A DNA stretch of 64,000 nt from Mizuhopecten yessoensis (Eukaryota), in NCBI RefSeq assembly GCF_002113885.1, contig NW_018479891.1, forward strand, positions 1-64,000, in the 5' to 3' direction. Of the stretch, positions 26,101 to 38,100 are shown in pieces; position 1 is the stretch's first letter, and each line of letters begins with the position of its first letter. Made by a program: the position numbers and the translations under genes. Below the pieces are notes generated by a model. It searched no databases, had not been told where the DNA came from, and saw only the letters and a list, made by a program, of their open reading frames with translations.

Positions 26101-29100
26101 TATGGACAATTTATTTCCAGAGCACCATACAGATCATGTAATTAGTTCATCCGCACTTGCACCTAAAAAGAAAAATGTTGGCTGATATAAACACCCATGT
26201 CCTTCACTTCAACATCCCCACTACATTATGCCATATGTTCTTTAATGTATGCCGATCTGGCGCTGTATTCTCATAGCGTCTACCATGCTGTAATGGGTGC
26301 CAGTACTTTATTTTCTTTTTCTTATATTAAGCGTTCTTGTCACTGACTAATAAGCGGTCCCATGCTGGTCACTTCCTTTTCCGGATTGATTCCATATTTG
26401 TTGTAACATGTGATTATTGTGCGTTGTGTTACATACAGTCTTTACTATCAGAACACGATTTCTTTCCTTATTGGCGTGGTGGCAGCGGACTACCCATGCC
26501 TAACAACGTAAAAGGCTGATCACTCGGACGCATAACATATCTAGGACATGTAATGGACATAGAGTAGATAGAGTTAGATGCTCCCAAAAAATTGTTGACA
26601 AAGGTATCAAAACGATAACATTTCTGCTAATACATCGCGAATATATGCAAAACTACACATTTCACCTTTTACACAAAACAAAAAACACTTACATGATAAC
26701 ATCGGTGTTTAGAACATAGGCGTTAATACTCCAACAGTGTTAGAGGTTTACACGGTGAGATACTCTTGACAGGCGCCGTGTAACCTCTAACTACCAATAG
26801 CTGATTTTCCCGATGCTGACGATCAAATTTTCAAAGTTCGGATTTAGAAAAAGGATATCGTGTTTACATAAATTTAAATGTTCAACAGGGTCAAATAAAT
26901 ATTCCTTTTCATAATCAATGATTAAATCAGAAGAATTTCGTGTCAAAGACATAAATAATGAGTTTTTCCTCATTCGAAGTGAAGCAGACAACCTTTGCCG
27001 TGATTTTCCGGTTAATACAAATATGGATTACATGTAATGTTCTACAAGCAGAAAACAAACAAACTCCTTTGACATCCCCCCTGCTATTTTGTATTAACGC
27101 AGGAAGCAATGTTTTAAAAGTAGGTCAGATAAGTGCTACAACGACATTGACATGTATTTTAAGTGTTCTATTCCGTAATATACTATATATTTATGTCTGT
27201 GGCATACATATGAGATCTATATTATATGAACCGTGAGTAGACATCGTTGTCATGAACTGTTAACCACTTAACTGAGTTTTTCAAGCCGATTTAGGCCTCT
27301 TAGGTTAAGGAGTTAATAGTCATGCAATATTCGCACGTTGCGAAAAATCTCAAACCGGAACTACCGTTGACTGACGGCGCCAATGTTTATTAGCGGCCAA
27401 CTATAAAGGGGCGTAATACCTGGATAGCTTACATCGTTAGAAATATATGAAAGTTCATTTATTTCTATTTTACTGTATCATATATAATTTTATCAGGTTT
27501 GATTATTGCTTATTATTTAGCTGAATTTGTACAATTTTTTAACTTTAACTGATACAGAAAATAATTATCGAAGTATAATTGTGCTAATTATTTTATATTA
27601 TTAATTTGTAAATTAGTGTCACCACAAGTACATGCCTCATCATTCAGAAACATCCAATATATAATTTATTGCGCTACCTTGAACTATATCTGGGTGGGTT
27701 TTTTTTGTACTTTTTTGTAAAATATCTCCAATGTACTTTCAGACTTTTGTTTGGTACTAAATGTCAATAATAACTATCATACACACAAGAAATACACCGG
27801 GTATCGTGACACTATGCAGCAACAAATGACATTTTCTTTTTCTTACGGAGTGTGGGGTCAAATAAGGGCCATGACATTGTCTTTATATTATGTCCAAGTC
27901 AAATATTCAAGGTACAGGTGATAACTCTTATATTATATTTTTTTATCTCTATGAAACTGACAATGAAACCGTTGACCAAACCTTGTTTTGGGAAGCGAAT
28001 ACTGTCTTTAAAATCGATTGTACATGGAAATAAGAACATGAATATCAATTTGCGGTTTCCATTTTAAAACCATGCTTTAAAATAAACATTCAATTTATGT
28101 TAATCTCATTTTTCTTACAAATATATATAACCTTTTGATGTTTCAAATGATCTGTTAACGAGGATATTTATATTTGAAATGAAAATATGTGTATATGTAT
28201 ATAATCCATAAATAACGTAAAGGAATCAATGTTTTAGTTCGTCATCTCCTTCCTGTACAACATATATCGTGCCTTTGTTTTGCCTCTAGAAACCGCTGCC
28301 GAAGTTACCAGTGCCAGAGCTACACAGCACATTCCAGAAATACCTGGCCATCATACGACCCATCGTGTCCCCCCAGCAGTACCTCAAAACAAAAGCTCTG
28401 ATCAAGGAGTTCTGTGATCCGGGGGGTGACGGCGAGATCCTACAGGAGCAACTGAAACTGTTCGCCGAGTCCAAGGAAAATTGGGTATGCATACATTGTT
28501 CCTATTGACCTACTGAAAACACACAAAACGCACTTTGTTTCAGTGATATGGTTAAGAGCTTCTTTCAAGATAAAAAAAATTGTCCTGTTACGATAGCATT
28601 ATTACTAAACATAAGGATATGACGTTTTCAATTTTAAGACATTATCTTAAAATGCAAATAAGTTTTGAACAAAACGAAAAAATACCGTTTTAATACGTTT
28701 TAAGTAAGAAAATTCAATTTAAAATACAAAATGTCTTTTATTTCAGCAACAATTCTTTTGTCAGTAGCAAAAAATTCTAGCTATGTCAATGTACATGGCT
28801 CAAGCATCTAAATACACCAGTAATGTTAGAACTGCCGCCTATACACTAACACATGTACTTCTTCCAACTTTCACATTATCGGAAGAAAGTACACATTGTT
28901 GAAATGAAATATTTCTACAATTCGATAATCTGTTTAAAAGCAAACTTCTTGAATTGCACGTTTTTGTACATTTATGTTTCTCGTTAATGGGCAATCGCAT
29001 TGCCAAGCCGCAAAAGTGTGAGGCCAATAAACCGGGCGGACTGAGCCATACTGGCCTTTATTGAGCAGCCGTGATTAAAGAATACTTTTATTTGGACAAG

Positions 29101-32100
29101 ATTTTGTATAATCAAAAACAGCAGCAGACAAGTTGGGTAATTCGCCGCTATGTGATCGCCCTCTTTCCGAGCACAAAGCCTTTCAAGCAAGCAATTAAGG
29201 GAAGGCATCTTTGTTTTGTGTTGGACTGGTGTCATTGGAGATGGGCTTATTGGATGTAAATTCTCTGTAACTTGTACCAGTCCATGTAACGTATCTGTAA
29301 TTAACTGTTGAGAGATGGAAGGGAAACTTGGGAGAGTCACCCAAAGCAGTCATACATCACGCCAGATAGTCCAGGCCCTCCGCTTAGCGTCCATCCATCA
29401 GGCCGTACCGCAACACAATGTGGGATCCATCCTATAGACCAAAATCTATTTTTATCATTAGAGATAAAATATGGCGAGGAGCTGCTGATGGTTCTAAGTG
29501 GTATTAACGACATATAGCACGATCTTACCTAACGTGTATTTACAATCGTTACTTTAGTCTCTAAAATCCGCACCGGCAGCTCTAAGAAGTGATACTTTTT
29601 TTTCAGATTTATATTCAAACGTTTTGTTTATTTTGACTGTTTTGAGATGGTGGTTTTGTTTTGTTTTGTTTATCTTTAATGGTTTCGTTTGAGGTTTTAT
29701 TAAGTTCATGCTACATACAACATTAAACGTTGAAAGGGCATTAAACCCGAACAAAACAAAACATTCTATAACGTAAAATTCTGTGAGCTTTGCTGGGAGG
29801 TGTTCGTAAGTTTTATGGTGTATATATGTTGTGGTTCAATGTTCTATCGAATATGAGGTGGCGGTAGATTGTTAATATGTTGTAGAATTGTGCTGCGGTA
29901 TTCTATAATGTATAAGTCGGGTCATTGTGTGATGTTCTGTGAAATGTTGGGTTATTGTGTGATATTCTGTAACATGATGGGTTATTGTGTGATATTCCGT
30001 GATATGTTGGGTTATTGTTTGATATTCCGTGATATGTTTGGTTATTGTGTGATATTCTGTGAGATGTTGGGTTATTGTGTGATTTTATACAAAGTGAAGG
30101 ATATTAGTTGGGTTATTGTTTGATATTCCGTGATATGTTTGGTTATTGTGTGATATTCTGTGAGATGTTGGGTTATTGTGTGATTTTATACAAAGTGAAG
30201 GATATTAGTTGGGTTATTGTTTGATATTCCGTGATATGTTTGGTTATTGTGTGATATTCTGTGAGATGTTGGGTTATTGTGTGATTTTATACAAAGTGAA
30301 GGATATTAGTTGGGTTATTGTTTGATATTCCGTGATATGTTTGGTTATTGTGTGATATTCTGTGAGATGTTGGGTTATTGTGTGATTTTATACAAAGTGA
30401 AGGATATTAGTTTTATCACATAAGTGTTGAATCTTGTTATAGTAATACAAGCAATTTTCAGACCATGAAATACAACGTTATGCATTGCACATGTGTACAG
30501 TATTTGCAAAAAATATCAATTTTTATAAAATCTTTGTAACGATCTCTACCAAATACGGAAGGTATGTGATAAAAGAAAGACCACACCCTTGTGTTTTTCT
30601 AACGAATCAGAAAGTACGAGTTTATTGCGCGGACATATATACGTCCGCGCAATAAATGAGTGCTTTCTGATTCGTTAGAAAAACACAAGTGTGTGGTCTT
30701 GCATATACATTAGATGTCAGACTTCCATTAGAGGTTCCAGGATATATACCTCGGTACTTCTATGAAATTTAGTAGTACGGTTAGATAATGAATTACCGTG
30801 TACATTGTTTTATAAGGTTAAGTGTTATGATTAGATACTCTAGGATGTTAAGTGTTTTGGAGGTACAGAGTCTTCAATTAGGTTTTATTCGAAGTTATAT
30901 TATTATGGTGTCATAGTTCTTTGACGTGCAATGCTTATTGTATGACGTACAGACTGTATGCATTATAGGGATTCGAACTAATTTATGAAGCACATTTTCT
31001 ATGCTATCAGGTTTGGTATATCGTATGGTCCGACTTAACACATCGGGGATTTGCACTGTTAGGTAATTGGTTCTAGAAAGTAGGGTCGTCCATGTAGAGA
31101 TAGAACCGACACCGTGTTGTCTTAGCCTGACTTAAAAATCACCTACATCAAATTATAATCTGCTTCTACTAAGGAAGCAAATAACGTTTATATATAATAT
31201 ACAAGTGCATCTGCACCGCTTAAATTGGCCGTAACTTGTACGAAGCAAAATGTATGTGCACATAACTTTTCTATGTTAATACTGTCATACTAGTAAAGTT
31301 TATGACTACGAGTTTTAAGAAACTTTCCCAAATGAGATCAACTGCATGTGTTACAATCGGACTATGATCAAAAAAAACTATTCCTTCGAAAACATTATGA
31401 AGGATACCTGTCTCGATACTATGCAGGTTTTCCTATATACAGTAGCCTCCCCTCAACGGTTAGTAAGTAGCTCAATCTGTTAGATAGATAGTATAACCAC
31501 GAAATTAGATAGTCCGTGGTATAACAATCCAAAGTCAATGCTTCGAAGCGCTGTCTAGCCCTGTTGATATTTTTACACTAAGAACAATGTTGTTGATTGT
31601 ATTTTGTTTATTTTATCTTAAATTTTTTTTCATAAAAGTCCAGCAAGATTTTCTTTTTTAAAAAAAAATGATTTATCGTACTCATAATCATGCCCGAAAA
31701 ACAAATTCTCATGCGAAGTTACAGTTTTTTCTGGCGCTGGTAGAGGGATAATTTTTTTCGGTGGTACGGGGATTTTAAATTATTATTTATACCGATGACC
31801 TGAGTCAAGAAATCAGCAAGAAAACCAAATTCGAACTTAAAATCGACAAACCTACGAAAAGCTGAAATATTTACACAGACACTTTTAAAAAATGTACTAG
31901 GCAAATAAGGCCAGGTTTTTTTGTGTGAACGGTAATCGTCTCTGCTTCATCGACGACACCCGCCTGTAAATCTAGGTCAAATCAAGTAATGCCATGTCCT
32001 CTTAGGGAGAACTAGGGTAGCGACAACCAAACCACAAGGTAAACTAAAGAGCATGCGCGAAGTTTATATCATACAAACATGGTGGCGACTATACATTTTA

Positions 32101-35100
32101 TCCATATACGTCATCAACCTACATGTTTGAAAACTTGTCTTGTAAGTGTGTACGTCAGCAGTCGACATTTATAACGGAAACCACGATGTTCAAGTAAATA
32201 AAGCATTAAACATATCGTCCACAGCATTAATTATTTATAACTGAATAGAAAATTCTTAACGACGAGATTTAAACAAGCTTCATTTGGAAAATGTAGAAAG
32301 TACTTACAGGAATAGGTGGAGTATGACATACCATGTGTACTTTTAGTTGGAATACAACCAAGCTTACTATAACTGTCGCTGTCTGTCTGGTTATGTAGAA
32401 GATGAGAATATCTGTAGGCATACTTTATTAAATTGAAACATGAATTTACCGCTATTGACGATGTCTCAGTCAGAGCAACTACTAAAGTCCGAATTGTCAG
32501 TGTACAAAACTAATTAGTTTGACCGGCTTCATTTCGTCATAAACTGTGCGCAAATCTCAAGAGTCACAATTGGATTTTTCTGCCAGAGTTAAAGACATTC
32601 TGTCGATCGATCATTATCGATGATTTTATGACAAATAATGAAACGAACACGCACGCGCGATCGTCAGCGCGTGAAATAAATATCAGAGATATAATAGCCT
32701 TCAAAGATAGCCATCCAAGTCAAACAACAATCGATAACTGCATAGGTGCTTGTTTCATCGTCTTCAAAGGAATGCTTCGATGATAATTGGTTTCTCGCCC
32801 CAATAGGTCCAATTACCATTCATAGACATGACATTTTTTCTGCGATGATTGATAATATAGATTTAAATGGTGTTTTTATGGTTATATAAATTGAAATTTC
32901 CTCAATATATGATATGTATGAACAAATATATATTGTCATCATTTTGGGAGTTTTGGTCTCTATCAGAATGTCTAGACTATTGCAGCACTTTGAAAACACA
33001 AATAATTGTGACAAAGAACACTGGCTCTGACCAGGGGTATCATTAAGAAACTGGAGAAAATAATAATTGTTTAATAATTTTATATGTAATGATAATTAGT
33101 TTCGTTGGCTAAGATATGTATATTAAAGTATTTATCAATGTATATAAATATATAAAGGAAATTAAATTCAAATGGTGGTCAGTTCATGCAGCGGATAACA
33201 CACTCGCCCTTCACCAAAGCGCCGGGGTTCGATTCCCCGGTCGGACATAAAAAGGCATGGGGTTTCCTGCCCTGACCACGTGGGTTTTCTCCTGGTACTC
33301 CAGTTTCCTCCTACAGTAAAAAAAAAAAAAACCGGGCGCTAACATCCTGGCCTACAATAGTGATTAATATAAGTTGCAATGACTTGTTTCATCATTGTTG
33401 TAAAATGAAAAAGTGGTGTTTTTTTGTGTTTTTTTTAAATTCAAATCATTCGTATTACACTTAACTTACGAGTCATCGCACTACGATGGCCGACAAGAGC
33501 CTGACAAACAGATGTGAATTTTCATATCTTTTTGTACCACGGTACACTTTTATATGGTACACAAAGATATGAAAATTCAATTCTTTGTGTACCATGTAAA
33601 AGTGTACCAGGGTACATACAGTTTATAAACAACTTTACCAAAATGCTCTTTACTTTCACATGTATATGTAGCAACAGCCGATATAAGCCGGCAAAATTAT
33701 TTGAATTTTCATATCTTTCTGTACCATGGTACACTTTTGCCCGGTACAAAAAGATATGAAAGCTTCTCTCCTTTTAGTACCGCGTTACACTTTTTTCATT
33801 TCTTTTTGTACCACCTACGGTACAATAGATATGAAAAAGTGTACCATGAAATCACGCGTTACACTTTTTTCATATCTTTCTGTACCGTGGTACAGTTTTG
33901 CCCGGTACAAAATAAAAGCTTCTCTCCTTTTAGTACCGCGTTACACTTTTTTCATTTCTTTTTGTACCACCTACGGTACATATAGATATGAAAAAAGTGA
34001 CCACCAGGGCATCGGAATGTTGTTATCAGACACTATGACCAGAACTGACCCCGAATAGTGAAGCCTTAATTACAACGTCGAAACAAGTCGTGAAGTTCAT
34101 TAATCACTTCTGATGAAAAACAGAGTTAGTTGCAATTGTGTAAGTAAAGGGGCCTTGCCAGGGTCTCCAAAAGGGATATAGGACATCTGAATATTTTTGT
34201 CATTTCCCTTGTTTTGATAGATGTCCAGATTATAAAAGAATCGTACAACAATATAAAAAGGTACACTATCCTTCAAAGTAATTAAATTGATTGTCCCCTT
34301 GTCCCCTACGGACCCTGTCGGCGTTTTCAACTGATTTGGAGTTTCTTTCATTTGAGAAGTTGAAGCAGATAGAATACATATTAGAAATGTAAGTATTAGA
34401 ATAATAATCCATAATGATTTCCTTTTTAACTAAAAACATTTATAAAATTCGGTACAGGATATTGAATAGTTGATTTCAATTTAAATGAGTAAGTAATAGT
34501 TTGGTAGCTCATTTGGTGTAATAAAAATAACAGACATTCCGTGCGATAACATTTCATTGTATGTGATGACAGCCTTATGGGGGTGTAATTTGTCATACTT
34601 AGTAACCTTTTCGTCTGTTGGTTTCTCATGTTTCTGTACCATGGCTGTTTTCGGCCGTTATTTTGGTACAGAAAGATACAAAAGCAACGAGTTCTGCTTT
34701 CCTCTCTTTGTGTACCATGGTACACTTTTACGTGGTACACAAAGATTTGAATTTTAATATCTTTGTGTACCATATAAAAGTGTACCATGGCCCAAAAAGA
34801 TATGAAAATTCACATCTTTTTGTCAGGCTCTTGTCGGCCATCGTACGAGTCTTATGAGTGAACGATATATTCACCGAATCTACCGGATTGGGAAGATCGT
34901 GGTCGGTCATTGCACGTAAAACCATGAAGCTGTATATATGGCGTGATTTATCGATACCAATTCGTTATGTTTGACAGCATCATTTATTGACGTGTACATC
35001 CAAACATGAATGTCGGATGAGCTTCAAGGACGCATGTGGCACATGGTTCTTAATCAATAAGTCATGCGAGGGGAGAAACAAAGTCCATTGAATTTGAGGA

Positions 35101-38100
35101 ACACCAGTTTGTGTGTTGATCTTGCTATGTTTGGTGAGTAAACAGCATCACAGGAAGGCGGGATGATACTGTGTAAACGGCCAGATGCACATTCATTGTA
35201 AGGGAAATAAATACAACAAACTAGCCGGCAGTAAATTGGCCTAACTGGAAGTCCAATATCTTACGCCTGTAGCTACAGCTCTTTTATCTCCTTTTTATAA
35301 AACACTGCTATCTCGGTCCAATCCCGACGAAACAACATTTCCATGATGAAGTGAAGTCTCCGCCTGAAGCAAGATGACACAAGGATAGGCGATTAGAAAT
35401 CAAGCGTCCATAATCCGGGATAACGTGCTCAAGCCCTGTCGTTTATGTCAAAATCAGCCAGTCCGGGCTTCACATGATTATATTACTCCGTGGTATGGAG
35501 AATGAAATGTATTCAGCATCTGGCGTGTTAATAAACTTGGTATGTCGTGTTCTATTTATTTTTCTTGTTTATCATTAATTTTAGTAATCATCACAAAAAA
35601 TGTGTCACAAACCCTTTGTCTGAACTCTAGCTATGTTGACGAGAAGACGGTGGTATATTTATTGCAACCCAATCTTGTCAAACCCTCTGAATATATCCGC
35701 TATTATTACAATCGTCTCCTTCTAATACAATCCACCCTATATTTTTCAATTGTTTCTTTGCTGTATGTCGTCGTTCCTCTACTTAAATCAACACTTGTTT
35801 TTCTTCCATTTTTTACTCCGCCAAAATCCACACTTGTTGTAAACGTTCCTCTATTAAATTCTATCTTTTCGTTCCGTTTGTTACAGTTTACCCTTGTTGT
35901 GATCGTACAACTGATAAGCTCTCTATCGTCTCTTTAAACTATATTACGTTTAACTGATTTTCTTCTCAAAGCAGTGCTTGTTGCAACCCTCTTTCTGCTG
36001 AAACGGACTGTTTTTGCGAGTTGCAGATATTTTTTCTTACGGATCAGTAAATATCTATTTGCCCATGCAAATGTATGTAATATATGAACGGATAATAGTA
36101 TAATAGTACACATTATAATTAAAGCTTGTACACATTTAATTATTGCACGTACGTGTACTCGTGTCTCTTCGCCTTACTCGACTTTTGTTCTGTAAATACA
36201 CTTCGTGTCCCGGTGTCTCCTACATCTGTCAGTACATGTACTCGTGTCTCTTCGCCTTACTCGACTTTTGTTCTGTAAACACACTTCGTTTCCCGGTGTC
36301 TCCTACCTCTGTCAGTACATGTACTCGTGTCTCTTTGCCTCACTCGACTTTTGTTCTGTAAACACACTTCGTGTTCCGGTGTCTCCTACCTCTGTCAGTA
36401 CATGTACTCGTGTCTCTTCGCCTTACTCGACTTTTGTTCTGTAAACACACTTCGTGTCCCGGTGTCTCCTACCTCTGTCAGTACATGTACTCGTGTCTCT
36501 TCGCCTTACTCGACTTTTGTTCTGTAAACACACTTCGTGTCCCGGTGTCTCCTACCTCTGTCAGTACGTGTACTCGTGTCTCTTCGCCTTACTCGACTTT
36601 TGTTCTGTAAACACACTTCGTGTCCCGGTGTCTCCTACCTCTGTCAGTACGTGTACTCGTGTCTCTTCGCCTTACTCGACTTTTGTTCTGTAAACACACT
36701 TCGTGTCCCGGTGTCTCCTACCTCTGTCAGTACGTGTACTCGTGTCTCTTCGCCTTACTCGACTTTTGTTCTGTAAACACACTTCGTGTCCCGGTGTCTC
36801 CTACCTCTGTCAGTACGTGTACTCGTGTCTCTTCGCCTTACTCGACTTTTGTTCTGTAAACACACTTCGTGTCCCGGTGTCTCCTACCTCTGTCAGTACG
36901 TGTACTCGTGTCTCTTCGCCTTACTCGACTTTTGTTCTGTAAACACACTTCGTGTCCCGGTGTCTCCTACCTCTGTCAGTACGTGTACTCGTGTCTCTTC
37001 GCCTTACTCGACTTTTGTTCTGTAAACACACTTCGTGTCCCGGTGTCTCCTACCTCTGTCAGTACGTGTACTCGTGTCTCTTCGCCTTACTCGACTTTTG
37101 TTCTGTAAACACACTTCGTGTCCCGGTGTCTCCTACCTCTGTCAGTACGTGTACTCGTGTCTCTTCGCCTTACTCGACTTTTGTTCTGTAAACACACTTC
37201 GTGTCCCGGTGTCTCCTACCTCTGTCAGTACGTGTACTCGTGTCTCTTCGCCTTACTCGACTTTTGTTCTGTAAACACACTTCGTGTCCCGGTGTCTCCT
37301 ACCTCTGTCAGTACGTGTACTCGTGTCTCTTCGCCTTACTCGACTTTTGTTCTGTAAACACACTTCGTGTCCCGGTGTCTCCTACCTCTGTCAGTACGTG
37401 TACTCGTGTCTCTTCGCCTTACTCGACTTTTGTTCTGTAAACACACTTCGTGTCCCGGTGTCTCCTACCTCTGTCAGTACGTGTACTCGTGTCTCTTCGC
37501 CTTACTCGACTTTTGTTCTGTAAACACACTTCGTGTCCCGGTGTCTCCTACCTCTGTCAGTACGTGTACTCGTGTCTCTTCGCCTTACTCGACTTTTGTT
37601 CTGTAAACACACTTCGTGTCCCGGTGTCTCCTACCTCTGTCAGTACGTGTACTCGTGTCTCTTCGCCTTACTCGACTTTTGTTCTGTAAACACACTTCGT
37701 GTCCCGGTGTCTCCTACCTCTGTCAGTACGTGTACTCGTGTCTCTTCGCCTTACTCGACTTTTGTTCTGTAAACACACTTCGTGTCCCGGTGTCTCCTAC
37801 CTCTGTCAGTACGTGTACTCGTGTCTCTTCGCCTTACTCGACTTTTGTTCTGTAAACACACTTCGTGTCCCGGTGTCTCCTACCTCTGTCAGTACGTGTA
37901 CTCGTGTCTCTTCGCCTTACTCGACTTTTGTTCTGTAAACACACTTCGTGTCCCGGTGTCTCCTACCTCTGTCAGTACGTGTACTCGTGTCTCTTCGCCT
38001 TACTCGACTTTTGTTCTGTAAACACACTTCGTGTCCCGGTGTCTCCTACCTCTGTCAGTACGTGTACTCGTGTCTCTTCGCCTTACTCGACTTTTGTTCT

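Noticed and set aside
33172-33245. tRNA gene
   Set aside because: It has a B box but no convincing cloverleaf, and it continues into a V-domain-like SINE body.
35542-35937. 131-aa hydrophobic ORF as a possible transporter (VAChT) fragment
   Set aside because: It is T-rich, low-complexity intronic sequence with no MFS motifs or plausible splice context.
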